From positions 636,904,558 to 636,968,557 of the forward strand of contig NC_133619.1 of assembly GCF_048593235.1 (NCBI RefSeq): DNA of 64,000 bases. Direction: 5' to 3'. A program made the position numbers and the translations under genes. The DNA comes from Sminthopsis crassicaudata (lineage: Eukaryota). Below are positions 1 to 12,499 of the stretch, in pieces. The notes below the pieces were generated by a model. That model saw nothing but the letters and a program-made list of their open reading frames with translations. It was not told the DNA's origin and did not search any database. How positions within the stretch are numbered: position 1 is the first letter of the stretch; the number at the start of each line of letters is the position of its first letter.

Positions 1-1038
1 AACCCCAAAGCGGGAGAAATTTGGGAAAGCAAAGCAAGAGCCAAGGAAGGCTCCAATTCTTCCCTGTGCTCCCTCTCCTCAATTCATGGCCCTGAGCCCC
101 TCCAGAAAGGAATGGCTTCTGCTAGGACTCAGCAGAATAAGCCTAAACTCAGGGGCTCGAGGTGGCCTTTGCCTACAAGTGGCTCCAGTCCAGAAAAGCT
201 CTTCAAGCAGAGCGGGGCACTCAGCCCCCCAAAGACAGACACAGGGTCAGGATGCGGCTGGGCTGCAGCCCACAACACCAGGACAATGCTCCGCGGCCCC
301 TCGGGCTAAACATTGCAATCAACCTCAAGCTTCCTGAGCCCCTCAGGCTAAGATGCAGCCACAGTCCCAAACTGCAACTCGGAACAAAGTCCCACAGACT
401 GGGGGAGGGGGAAGGGGTGGGATCTACAGCCAGCCAAGCCTTGGAGACCTCGCACTTCCTGGTTGTCACTTTACATCTCCCCAACCAAATTCCCTGGGAG
501 GAGTCTCGCTTATGCCTTCCTCCCCACCCCAAATTAGAAGGCAGGGAAACTGAGGTATGGGCAAGGCCGGGAGGGAGTTTGGCCAAGGTCACAGGGCAAG
601 CTAAAGGCGTTCAAGAGAGGAGGATCCTGGGGTCTTCCCAACCCAGGGTTCCACCCACCAGAGCCACGCCGTTTCTAGTAGCTCCCGGAGGCTGGGCATC
701 CCAAGACATCCCGCTCTGTTCTCTGTGTGTCCCCTCCCCCCCCCACAAACCCCCCGAGCTTCTCAGACTCTGGCGGGACTCATGGGGCGCTCCCCCTTAG
801 CTCCAGCCCCCCAAAAGAGCTGGCCAGTCACCACCACCCCAACCCCCAGCCTAGCGGCCGAGCCCTCGGCTCGGTCCCCCAACTCCGGTCCCTTTCCTTC
901 AGCCCCCACTCCGTCCCCGGCAGGGCAGGGCCTCCCCCACGCCAGCCCCCTCCCCAGCTCTCCGGCCCCGGGGGGAGGGGAGGTCCCTCCCCCCCTCCCC
1001 CGGGGCGCTGCCGGCCCCTCTCGCCCCAGCCGGCTCAC

Positions 1039-1437
1039 CTCCTCCTCCTCGTTCTCCTCGTCACTGCTGCTCTCCTCCTCCTCCTCCTGTCCCTGGCCCG
1101 GGTCGGACTCCTCTTGCAGGCCGGCCCGGCCACGGCCCCGGCCCCGACTCCGGCTCCGGCCCCGGCGAGTGTGCAGTCCCTTCCACAAACGGCGGAACCG
1201 GCGCAGGCCCCGGCGGAGGCCGAGCAGGCGGCGCAGGGCCGTGTCCTCGCCGGGTTCCGCTCCTCCAGCCCCGGCCGCGCCGCCGCCGCCTCGCCGCAGG
1301 GCCACCCGGGCCCGCTCCCCGCCGCCGCCCCGCCCGCAGCGGCCCCCGCCCCCGCCGGGGCCCCGTGGCCGGCCCGGGAAGCGGCCCCGCGCCGAGCCAG
1401 GCCCCGGGCAACCGCCGCCGCCCGCCGCCGCCGCCAT
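1039..1437 (-). CDS. KMT2B: Histone-lysine N-methyltransferase 2B, coding exon 1 (gene continues off the left edge)
   Basis: ATG at 1437 gives MAAAAGGGGCPGPGSARGRFPGRPRG...EPGEDTALRRLLGLRRGLRRFRRLW...EEEE, matching the KMT2B N-terminus; phase-0 GTGAG donor at 1038; CpG island. Confidence 0.96.
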
Positions 1438-1439
1438 CT

Positions 1440-2450
1440 TGGCACCGTGAGAGGGGCCGGGGAGGCGGGGGGAGGGGCGGCCCGGGCGCAGGACCGGGGG
1501 GAGGGGAGGGGGCGGGGCAGCCCGCGGCGCACGACAATAATAAGCGCCACAGCGCCCCGACCCGGCCGGCGGGAAGCGGCGCGCCCAGCCCAGCCCTACC
1601 AACACCTCCACCAGCACCTCCACCTCCACCTCTGGCAGCAGCAGCAGTAGCAACAGCACCACCACTACTTCCACTACCACTACCGCTTCCACCACCACCA
1701 GCACCACCACTACCACCGCGGGGCACCACGGGAGCTAGAGCTTGACGCGCCGCCCGGCCCCTTCTACTCCCCGCCGGGAAGACGGAGGCCTGGGGTCTCA
1801 GGGAGGAGCAAAAGAAGTGCGGCGCGGGGGCCGCTGGGAAATGTAGTCCCTCCACTTCCCCGCTTCCGTTAGCTAAGGGAAAGGAGCCGGGGGCGGAGAG
1901 TGGCCGACTACGTGCTCCCGAGCAGGTCACTAGAGGGCACGAGGTAGGCCGATGGGGGGCTCGGAGGCCGCCGGTAAATGTGGTCCTTCTTCCCCACCAA
2001 CGCCATTGTTCTTTCCGGCTCAAGCTTAGCAGCGCGGACTACAGCTCCCAGGGGGCAATGTGGCCAAGAGGGAAGAAAAGAAGGGCGGAGCGATAAAGCA
2101 CACGGAGAGCGAACCTCCTCGGTTTTGCGGAGGGAAGGACTGGGGGAAAGGGCGTCAGACCCTCACGCACTGGGGCCCCGGGGGCTGGGCTGGCGGCTTC
2201 GCGTGGAGACGCCCACTTCCTCCACCCGGGGATTGCGTTGCCAAAGTTTGGCGAGCGCGGGAAGCCCCCAGACCCTTCGGGTCCGCTCGTGGTGCCGAGC
2301 CGGCTGGACGCTTCCTTAGAGTAAGAGGCATCTCCGCCTCCTGCGGGCCCTCCCTCCCCCCGCCACTGCCAGGGTCTCGGGTGACGCTGCGGGGGGAGCC
2401 CGGACCCCGTCCCCCAGGAAAGCGACCGAGGGTCTGGAGAGGCGGGGGTC
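1440..2450 (-). promoter_or_regulatory. KMT2B CpG-island promoter with two ZNF143/SBS-type motifs
   Basis: Very high CpG density; ACTACAnnTCCCAG-type motifs at 1833-1847 (minus) and 2038-2051 (plus). Confidence 0.75.
1598..1718. repeat. Imperfect trinucleotide tract (CAC/CAG/TAC) upstream of the KMT2B ATG
   Basis: accaacacctccaccagcacc...gcagcagcagcagtagc...accaccactaccacc read directly. Confidence 0.85.
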
Positions 2451-2551
2451 ACAGGCGCTACGGTGGGGGACTGCTCGCGTGGGACCGCTAAGTCGGACAC
2501 GCTTTTCCTCTTCCTCCTTATTCCTCCTCCGAGAGCCGAGGCTCCGGCAGC

Positions 2552-4397
2552 TTTATTGCCTATCCGCATCCCCTCCGGCCGCGCCAGCGCGCCCGCACTG
2601 AGGCAGGCAGCCGAGGAGAGCGCCCCATCTCCGGGCTTGGCCGCGCCGCTCCAGTGCCGTTTGTGGCCAGAGAAGGCCCCAGAGAATGGGGGCGCAATGA
2701 GAAGACGAGGGACGAGGTCCGGAGGAAGACTAGAGGGAAGCGGCCTGGACGGCCCATCCAGGGGGCAGTTGTCCCGGTGGGCAGCTCCGAGTGTGGGCCC
2801 GCCTCGGAGCCGCGTTGGGGCAGCTAGCCTGGCACAGTGGACACCGGTAAGGGGCCGTGCCCTGTGTCCCGAGGTGCTTGGCTGCAGAAGTCCCGGGAAC
2901 GCTGGGGGCGGAGGCGGCGAGATTAGGGCTTCTCCCCTAGGGAAGGCGGAGAAGCACAGGTGAAGGCCGGGCCGGGCCCAGGCCCAGGTATGGCCATTGG
3001 GGCGGGAGGGGAAGGGGGAGCAGCCTCCTGGCTCTGTCCTGCTCAGAAGGACCCCGCCCCCCACAAAGTCGAGGGCAAAGCATGGATTCCCTGAGGCAAG
3101 ACACCAAGTACCTGCCCGGGCTCTGCAGCAAGAGTCTCCATCTTTCCTCGTCTGGGCCGAGACCCCGAGGGGGGGCCACGGGCTCTGCTAAAGCCGTGGG
3201 GTGAGCAGCAGCCTCCGGGGGAAAGTCCACCGAGGGCTCTGGGAGGTCCCTGGGACTGGCCGCCAGGGGGCAGGGCGGGCACGGCGGGGCCTGCCTGTGG
3301 GGATCCCAACTCTTACCTGCCCTGCTCCTGCGCTCAGAGGCGGCCTCCATCCTCAGTTAGAGGGACCTGCTCAAGCCACGGGGTCTTCCCTCTGCCCATC
3401 CGAGGGGCTTGGCCTGCCAGTAAATGAGAGGTGCCCAGTCCAGGCCAGGAATGGGAGAACTTAGCGGGGCAGGGGAGGGAGGAAGCACCCAAGCCTCTGC
3501 TTGGGTGTTCCAGCTCCCAGAGGCCACTCGCTCTGTGGATTCTTTCCTGCCTTTTATCTAGGCAAAAGTGCCTTCGTGGCCGCTCCTGACATCTCCATGT
3601 TCCATCCCAAGAGCCTCCCTCTTATTCCCCCTCCACGAACTCACCTCTGTTACCGAGGTCACATTTCTCCTCAGGCTCCAGTCCCTGGAGTGCTATGGGA
3701 GAAAGGGGTCCCATGGCCTCTGAGCAGCGGGGTCTGCTGCTGGGGGCATGGGGATAAGAGGCCTCCTTAGCCAGCCTTAGGAGGTTCCCAGACTCTGAAG
3801 ACACTTGGGGAGGGGTCTCTGCCAAGGGCCCCTGCCTGTGGCTGCATTCTGTGGTAGATTCTCCTGCTGCTTTTAGCAGCACCACCTCCAGGCTCAGTGG
3901 TTCTTCTCCCACCTTCTGGGAGATGTGCTTGACCTCTGCCCATCATTAAGGGGCATCCCCAATTCCAACTTTTTGGATTCATCCTTCCCCTCCTCTTTCC
4001 TCTCTAGTTGGTTCTTGTCCTCCTACCATTCCAGGCCCTGATATCCCTTTTTGACCTCTTTCCCAAGAACCTTCCTGAACTTCTACTTCAAAGGTCTCTG
4101 TATCCGGGCCCCAGGCTATCTTGAAGAGGACCCAGCTCTCCAGGCTTCAGCATCAGGGTTTCCTCATCAACAGTGCAAAAAGTGGGCAGAGATGGAAGGG
4201 CCAATGCCCTAGAGGTCTATCGCCCTCTCCAGCCCAGCTGCTGGCTCCTGTTTGCCAGCACCAGGCTGTGTGTGGCCTAGGAACTTGTGCATCCTACACT
4301 GACCACAGCGTCACAAAGTGCTTCCCTTAAAGTAGCTGCTGGTCAAACTAGTCCGTACACACTGAGGGCTGGGCAGCTGCACTGAAGGCAAGGCCAC
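2552..4397 (-). pseudogene. ZBTB32: ZBTB32 pseudogene (BTB exon about 3645-4397; small exons about 3493-3557 and 3317-3366; ZF exons 3112-3294 and 2730-2936; AATAAA 2552-2557)
   Basis: Fragments LPSP, ALCDAVVSVG, HSLVLANRSQQLG, LKPGELGPLQ, GTPFSHSTPGTGA, GEKP*SRRLRPQRSRDF and KHLGTQGTAPYRCPLCQASCP...QLPPGW match human ZBTB32 in order at the syntenic position; start codon is GTG; many stops and frameshifts. Confidence 0.92.
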
Positions 4398-7129
4398 TGC
4401 CCTCTGTCTAGGGAATGGGCTCAGGAACTCAAGGGAGAGAATCTGCCAGGTGGGGAGAAGCCCAATGAGAGAGTTGTTGGACCAGAGTCCCTAGGCCTGA
4501 AACATGAGTAACTTGAAAAGAGAAGAATTCTGTCACCTACCAAGAGAGGAAGAGTTAAAACTGCGCTAGGGCAGATGGAAACTAAATCTAACTGAGGGAC
4601 TTTAGGGAGAGGAAACACCATAACAGAATTATTGACTCCCTCAGTAAAGTACAGTCCCTCTGTAGTTCGGACTAAGGGAAGTAATAGGAAGATTTCAGAA
4701 GCCCTAGAGGATAGCAGGGCCGGGATTCCAATAATATGAAACAAGAGGTAGACTGAGGGAGTTGGGAGTTCCTCCATCACTGACCCGGAAGCACAGCTAG
4801 CTAGCAGTCACTGAATATTCATTCCTTTTAGAAGTTGGATGGTAGGTGGAAAGGAATCCATACTTAGTGACAGAAATGCAATCAGGCTTGAGGTCAGAAT
4901 TTCCAGGGGAATAAGATCACCACACTTACAAGGAAAACCCTAGAACTGAGGACTCCCCAGCAATCAATTAGAAAGGGGATGAGCTTCTAAAGGAGTCATG
5001 AGAAAGGAGAAACTGAGTTTGGGAGATCGAAAAGACCAACTCAGGGAAGATCAGAAACCAAAAAGAAGAAAAAAACAAGACGGAAGGGAGATTTTCATTA
5101 AAGACAAAAAAAGACATTTGTGGGGATGAAGGCTATTATTTCCCAGGTTCAGAGAAGGGTGAAAAGATTGAAAAGGCCCAATGCTCCAAATTACTTTAAA
5201 TATAGTATTTTGTGAAGGAAAAACGAGAATAAAGAAATGTGACAGTCATGTCTCTTACAAAAAGAAGAGGATACTCTGGATAAAATTCTCTTTCAGAGAC
5301 AAAATTATTTTCATGGAAAGGGGGATAGAGTATTGGATAGTATACAGAGGCTATTAAATGGGTTTTAGAAATAGGTATAATGTGGAGTTGGGAAAGTAGA
5401 TTACTTACCAGTTGTAGATAAACAATTCAAGCCTCTAAGCTGCTCTTGGAGCTTCTGCTCCCCAGATCTCAATTTCTGTTGGCTCCACCTACTTCCCTTG
5501 GGGCCCCTTATTGGATATCCTAGTCTTATTCGCTTTTGTACAAGAAGAAGAATTTCACACCCCATTATATGCCAAGTATTAATTTTTGCTACTAGGATCA
5601 CCTATTTTGTGACCTTGAACCCTTTTCCTAGGGTTGACAGCAAGTTTGTAGCTGACTCTGGGTTAGAAAGATGGAAATTGTTTATATCCTTGAAAGGGAC
5701 ATGGACACAAGTCAAATACAAAATGATCTTAGCCCTCATGCTGAATCATATTGGATACCTTTGGATCAAGATTTGCTTAATGAGAATGTTCCTTATTGCC
5801 TAAACTCCACAGTTGGTGGAAAGAAATATTGACCAGATGGCCTGACTTTAAAATATCCACCAAATTCTGGAAGAGAAGCTCCAGGGTAGATTTGAAATGT
5901 CTCAGTATACGAGCATGCATGTTCGTTCTCTCTCTCTCTCCTTCCCTCTCCTCTCTGTCTCTCTTACTCACACACACACACACCTCAGAGTTTCTTTTAC
6001 TTCCTGGCCAAAAGTACGGCCAGTCCTTTCTGATACAAGATGAAGAAGAAAAACTCAAATTACTTATGCTTTCTTGTTCTACTTCTTGCCACAAGCCCCA
6101 TCCTAGGACCAGACAGACCCCTGTCCCTCCAACTCTTTTGCCAGATGCATCTTTCTTCCTAGCACCCAGCTGTGAACAAGAATGGCTTTAATAGTCCCAC
6201 CTCCTTCCCACATCCCAGAAAAATTCTTTTGAGAGTGGGCTATTTTGTCCTTTTATCTACATCACCTAACACAGTATCTTGTACAAGGTTGATTAGTTCA
6301 TGTTTGAGTTATTATCTAGACTAATTTCTTTTTTTTTTCCCAGATATTCTCTCCATTTTCTGCTTTCTTCCAAGAAAGTTGGTTTGTCTTCTACCTGTCA
6401 TGAATAATTAAATTGAGTGTGCACTGGAAGAGAAGATGGGGAAAGGCAGGTGCAGTGAGGGGAAAAAAGTAGTGGTTCTGAGTCAGTTGAGGGGGAATGT
6501 GAGTCAGAATGAAAAAGGAAAATGCAAATAGGCTATCTGTATTCATTTGCCTCTCCCTTGAACCTCAGAGATTTTCCATTCCTGTGCTTTTGACTCTATA
6601 GCCTCATACTCATGGATACAGCCAGAGACCCAAATAAAGGGACACACTCACAGAACACTTAGTATGTTGATCAGTAAGTCCATATACACAGAATACAGAC
6701 ACAGAGAATCCTCTCCAAAATATGCTAAAGATAGGAGAAGAGAGAAAATAAGAAAAGGAAAGGGACAGTTGTGATAGCTTGGGAAAAAGACTGGGGAGAT
6801 AATATTATATGGGGGGAGCATTACCCCCAATATGTGCCCTGCATCATGTGCCAGTGACTCAGAACTTTTTTTGATCTAGAGATTTTTAGGGGCTGTCCCC
6901 AAAGAAAAGGGGACCCCCCTTTACAAATAGGAGCAAGAATTACCACCCTGGGATCCTAGGATGCTGACACAGGATAGAGCCTGTGACACACAACAAGGAG
7001 ACTCTCCTCTAATGGACACAAGACCTCAGAGAACAGGAAATCCCATGGGTAAAGACCCATATCCCACTGGACTAGGAGTAGAACAGGATTTTCATATTAG
7101 TTCTGCCACAAACTAGCTGTGCCCAATTC

Positions 7130-8250
7130 AATAAGCATATATTAAGTGCCTAATATATCCATTTTATTCTTACCATCTGTTCCTGCCAATTGAGTGTCAG
7201 GTCTTTAAGGGCAGAAATTATTTTCTTTAACTCTTCCTGTAGCACTCATTGCAGTGTCTAACAGATCCATGAGAGAGAAGAATTGCTGGTTGAATTGAAG
7301 TGGGGACAGAGCTTAGGAAAGAGATGAGGGCTGAATATTGTCCAGGGATGGGGAGGAAATCATAGGAAGAAAACCTATTGAACCTGCAGGAGCTGATGAG
7401 ATCACTGAAAGAAATAAAACAGAATGAGGATCATGATCCTTCAAAGGAGCTTGAGAAGAGTCTTATCAGGAAACTAGAAAGAATGACAAAAAACTCGGAA
7501 CAGAATACCCCCAGAAGGAGAAGGAGCTGATAAACAATGTTGAATGCATTGGTCAAGGACAAAGACTGAGAAAAGGACATTAGATTCAGCAACAGATATT
7601 GGTTTATTTTCTTGGAAGAAACCATTTCAGTCAAGTAATATCTAAACTGAAAGGAAATAACCAGCTCCCACCCCCCAAAAAAAATATGAAAAACACTTGT
7701 CCCACTATTATAGAAATAGACGATCCACAAAACATGTAGAAAATTTTATTTTTGGGGGGGTTCTTTTTTGGAGAAGGGTAATAGGGAATTTCTAGGAAAG
7801 GGGAAAGAACAGGAACATGGACAAATTTAGAAATGTAAAAAACAAATTTCAATTTTGTTGTTTAACAAAAGCTATTTTGACAGTACAAGAAAGAAATGAT
7901 GAGGACAAGAACTAAGATGGTAGCTTCATGAGGGGAGAGAGCTTTTTAAAAGATGTAGAAAAAGTTATCAAAAGATGTGGCAATGGATTGGCCATAGGGG
8001 CTGAGAGAGAAAAGCTGAGAATGATACTGAAGTTTTGAGTAGGATGACTGGAAGGATGATAGTGCCTCCAGCAGTAGTATGGAAGTTTTGAAGAGGAATG
8101 GGTTTGGCGAACAATTTGAGTTCTATTTGTATCTATTGAGTTTACTCAGATACTACAGAACTGAAATTCAGTTCATAATGTCCAAAAGGAGTTGGCTATG
8201 TGGAACTGAAGCTCACCAGAAAGATTAGGGCTAAATAGATAGATCTGTGG
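7130..8250 (-). mobile_element. Old L2 LINE fragments (boundaries approximate)
   Basis: Reversed L2-type 3' end (caattcaataagcatatattaagtgcc) followed by degenerate AG-rich L2-like sequence. Confidence 0.5.
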
Positions 8251-8929
8251 AGATATTACCTGCATTCACAGACCAGAGACTTGGAGATACACATAGTCAC
8301 CATAAAATGGATAAATATCTAGCAAAGGATAAAATAAGTCCCCTATAGCTTTAAAGATTATATGAGTCCGAATGGAGCTTAATATCCCCAGCTATGTCCA
8401 TCAGGGCCCTTTGCTTCTCACCTTGAAGTCAGTAATACATTGAGGCCCTTGTTAGTCTTAATTATGTTCTGGGACAGTGGCAGGAAATTTTATGTGGTTG
8501 AAGGTGAGCCTCTAGTTGTCCCTGAAAACTCTCACTTCCCTCACATTCTCAATAAGAATTTAAGTACTCTGCTATCTTCCTAGAGAGGAAGCCAGAAACT
8601 CAAGATTCTGAGAACCTAGTCCAGCTTCAGCCTCATGGGAAGAGGAAATAAGGATTAAAATTGGGTACTAAGCAAGGACCTAGGCAGGCAAAAGTACGCT
8701 GGAAGAGGTGGAGGTGGGTCACAAATGTATTTCTCAACCATTTTCCATAGTTTGAAATATTTCACATGGGTTTGAATCAAGGTAGCTTAAACAGGAGTGT
8801 GCCATGCAAGCCTGAAATGCATTGTGTCAAGGGGTTCGGTAAACTGACAGCATACCTATAGGAGCCCAAACTTCCAAAGAACTACAATAAAAAAAAACAT
8901 ACCATTTGAGCACAACCTGCTTTAATTCT

Positions 8930-10060
8930 GTCCAGCTCTAGATTCTCTCCTGAGCTCTAGTTTATTTACATTGCCAACTGCCTAATGAACATCTTGAACT
9001 GAATATCCTGTAGGCACCTCAAATTCAACACATCCAGAACAATTCATTACCTTTACCTTCCCCAAGTCCCCAAATCCTACTCTTTTTCTAATTTGCCTAT
9101 TACTGTTCAGGCACCACTACATTCCCAGTTGCCAAGGCTTTAACTTTTCATTCCCACTCAACCGACATATCTAATACTTTGCCAAATCTTGTTATTTCTA
9201 CTTTTACAATAGGTTCCCCATCTAAACCCTTTTTTTTCAGTCACATAACCAGAACCCTAGTTCAGGATCCCTCAATTGGACTATTGCAATAGCTTTCTAA
9301 CTGGTCTCCTTGTCAGAGGTCTTTTCCCCATTCCAATCCATCTTCAACTTGGCATCAAGAGGACTTTTCTAAATCAAAGATTTTCAATATATATTTTTTT
9401 ATTTCAAGGACTCTTTGGCAATCTGATAAATGCAGGGTAATGTTTTTAAGTGCATAAAATAAAGTATACAGGACTAAAAAGAAATACTATTATCTTGAAA
9501 TAGTTATCAAAATATTTAAAAAGTTCACAGAGCCAAATGAGGTATTCTTGTTTTCAACTGTAGGCCTGATGCTATCATCTCAGTGAACTCCACTTATATT
9601 AAGAATCAAATAGAAAGTGCTCTTTTTTTGTCATTTAAAGTACATTTAAAGTAATCTGGCTCTTTCCTCCCTTTTCAGTCTTTTTTTTTTTTTTTTTTTA
9701 ACACTGTATCTTCTACACACTTTAAGATCTAGCTATACTAGATCCCTTAAACTGAACACCATCTCTTTGAGTTTTCACTAGCTGTCACCATTTGACTAAA
9801 ATGATCTTCTCCCTCATCTTCTGACTCGGTTTCCTTGGCTTCCTTCAAAATTTGGTTCAAATTTCACCTCCTTCAGGAGGTCTTTCTTTGTCTCAATCCC
9901 TCTTACCCTCCCCCCCCCCTGACTTCTCTTCTCAGATTGCCTTCCATCTCCTCTGTATATAACCTCTATGTATCTGTTTAATAACAAGGTGATGTCTCCA
10001 TTAAAATATGAGTTCCTTGAAGGACAAGAGTGTTTTTCTTTCTTTTTCTCCTTACTCTTC
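8930..10060 (+). mobile_element. Old L2 LINE fragments (boundaries approximate)
   Basis: Pyrimidine-rich L2-like motifs (tctctcctgagctc, ctcaaattcaaca, ctattgcaatag, ttccttgaaggaca). Confidence 0.5.
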
Positions 10061-10477
10061 AGAAAAGTACCTGCCTTCCTTTAAGTGTGTTAAAAAATCT
10101 CACCTTCTATTAAAAGCCTTTCCTGATTCTTAATCTCAGTGATTTTCCTAAGATTACTTCCCCAATTTATTTTGCATGTATTTAGTTTTCCATTAAACTG
10201 TGAGTCCCTTGAGATCAGGGACTGCAAGTATTTCTTAGCCATTAACCAGAACTTAATACAACATATGGTATATAAAAGGTAGTTAGCTAGCTGAAGGAAT
10301 GATTTAATAAATGCTTGCAAACTGACTGGTTTGCTATTTGTTATACAAAGATTCTTCAGTAAAAAAAGATTTACCATAAATATTATTTAAATAATTAATG
10401 ACAGACCATGCAAAGTAGGACTGAGTTTACAGAAGTTCAGTTTACATTTATCCTTTCTCAGAAATACATCTATTTTG

Positions 10478-10619
10478 GTGCAGTGGATAGAGCACTAACC
10501 TTGAAGTCAGGAGGATTTGAGTTCAAATATGGCCTTAACACTTCCTAACTGTGTACCCTGGGCAAGTCACTTAACCCTGATTGCCTCAGCAAAAACTAAA
10601 ACAAAAAAAAATAAAAGAA
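10478..10619 (+). mobile_element. 5'-truncated marsupial core SINE with A-rich tail and 18-bp TSD
   Basis: B-box gagttcaaat and core ccctgggcaagtcacttaacc; TSD agaaatacatctattttg at 10460-10477 and 10620-10637. Confidence 0.85.
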
Positions 10620-10636
10620 AGAAATACATCTATTTT

Positions 10637-10672
<36 letters not shown>

Positions 10673-10959
10673 TGTCTTCTTAGATCTTTTAGAGAAAAAA
10701 AAAAAAAAATTGGCCATAAAGTTCCATGAAGGTAAATGGAAATGTTTGACTCCTAGTAAGTTGATCCAGAGTGTACCAGAAAAGGGATGTAACTTACTTC
10801 TTTCATTAAATTGCAACATAATAATTGCAACTTGGTATAGGTGAGCCATGCCTGGGCTGTACCATTACATTCCTAGAGGTTCAGATATGGTCACAAGATA
10901 CTACATTTAATGCCACTTAGCAATAATCTCAAGGGAAGTAACCAAAAAAAAAAAGAAAG

Positions 10960-12170
10960 AAAAAGTAAGAATTATAAAGCTCTAGCAACACTAGATTTCA
11001 AATGGTACAATATAACAGGTATAGTCAAAACATTTGGTACTGGCTAAAAAATAGAAAGGTCTATCAATAACAGATTAGGTATATAACATACAGATGCAAG
11101 TAAACATAGTAATCTAAATTCCAACTTCTAAGATAAGGAATCACTAGTAAAAACTTCTATGAAAACTGAAAAGCCATTTGGTATATAACATATAAATCAA
11201 TATCTTATGCTGATGAACTAAAAATGGGTATATTACTTAGGAAATATTACAAACAAACTAGAGGAGAAAAGAATAATTTAGCTTTCAGGTGTAAGGTTAG
11301 GGTAAGAGTTCATAACCAAAGAGCTAGAGTGGATCATTGAAGACGAAATAGACAATTTTAGTTACATAAAATTAAAGTTTTTGCAAAATCGATAAAATGA
11401 AGTTAAAATGAGAAGAAAAGCAATTAACGAAGGAAAAGTTTGCAGAAAGATTCTCTGAAAAAAGTCTCATTTCCAAGAGATATATATACATATATATAAA
11501 ATAGATTCAAATTTATAAGAACAAGCATTTCCCAATTGATAAATGATGAAAGGCTATGAATAGGCAATTTTAAAAGGAAAAGCATCCAAGCTATCAATTA
11601 CCATATAAAAATACTCTAAATCATTAATTAAAAATTAAATCATTAAAAATTCAATTTGAGCCAACTTCAGCTTTACTGCATACCCAACAGTAAAAGATGA
11701 GGAAAGAAAGAGGGGGAAAAAAAAGAAAACAACAACTGTTCCAAGAGACTCTCGGAAAACATACACATTACTGCATTACTGGTGACTGTGTGGACTTATC
11801 TAGCCATTCTGGAAAGCAATTTGGAATTATGGCTAATACTGTTACTAGGCCTATAACCTCAGAAATCAAAGAAAGAAGAAAATAATCTATAGGTACAAAA
11901 ATATTTATAGTGATAAAATAGTGGTTGCTAACAGGCTGTCCATTAATTGAAGAATGGCTGAACAAATTATGATATATAAATAAATGCAATGGAATACTAT
12001 AGTGCCAAAAAAAAAAAATGGTTAGAAGCATGATTTCAAAAAGCCAAACAAACCTGAGAAGTGAGCAGAACCAAGAAGACAATTTTTGTTTAGATTTATA
12101 CACAGAATAATGTAAAGAAAAATAACTTTGAAAGACTTATTAACTATGATCTGGCATCTCCAACGTCAGA
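10960..12170 (+). mobile_element. Degenerate L1 ORF2 3' fragment (boundaries approximate)
   Basis: A-rich strand with L1 ORF2-like motifs (ccaattgataaatg, agccattctggaaagcaatttggaattatg). Confidence 0.7.
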
Positions 12171-12499
12171 GTACCAATTATGAACCATAAAGCGTCAAGA
12201 TGGGCTCAAGATTCAAAATGAGACCTATATTGTTGTATACATGCAATGTGGGAATTCGTTTTGCTTGATTAGGTGCATTTGTTTTTATTGTTTTTCTGTC
12301 TTATCTGATTCTCTGTGATCCCATTTAGGGTGGTCTTGGCAGAGATCTGAGGTGGAATTGCCATTTCCACCTCCAGCTTATTTTATAGATAAGGAAACTG
12401 AAACAAATCAGGTTAAATGACGTTTCCAGGGTCACACAGCTGGTAAATGAGGCCAGATTTGAACTCGCAAAGATGAAAAAAGACAGAAGATAGGAGGTA

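Noticed and set aside
727-2023. Long overlapping ORFs (241-320 aa) around KMT2B exon 1
   Set aside because: Stop-poor GC-rich CpG island; only 1039-1437 on the minus strand matches a real protein and has a splice donor
2039-3064. 341-aa minus-strand ORF containing H/C residues
   Set aside because: Off-frame read-through of the decayed ZBTB32 zinc-finger exon and CpG island; the homologous frame contains stops
10478-10600. tRNA-like A/B boxes suggesting tRNA genes
   Set aside because: They are heads of tRNA-derived core SINEs with A tails and TSDs, not cloverleaf tRNAs
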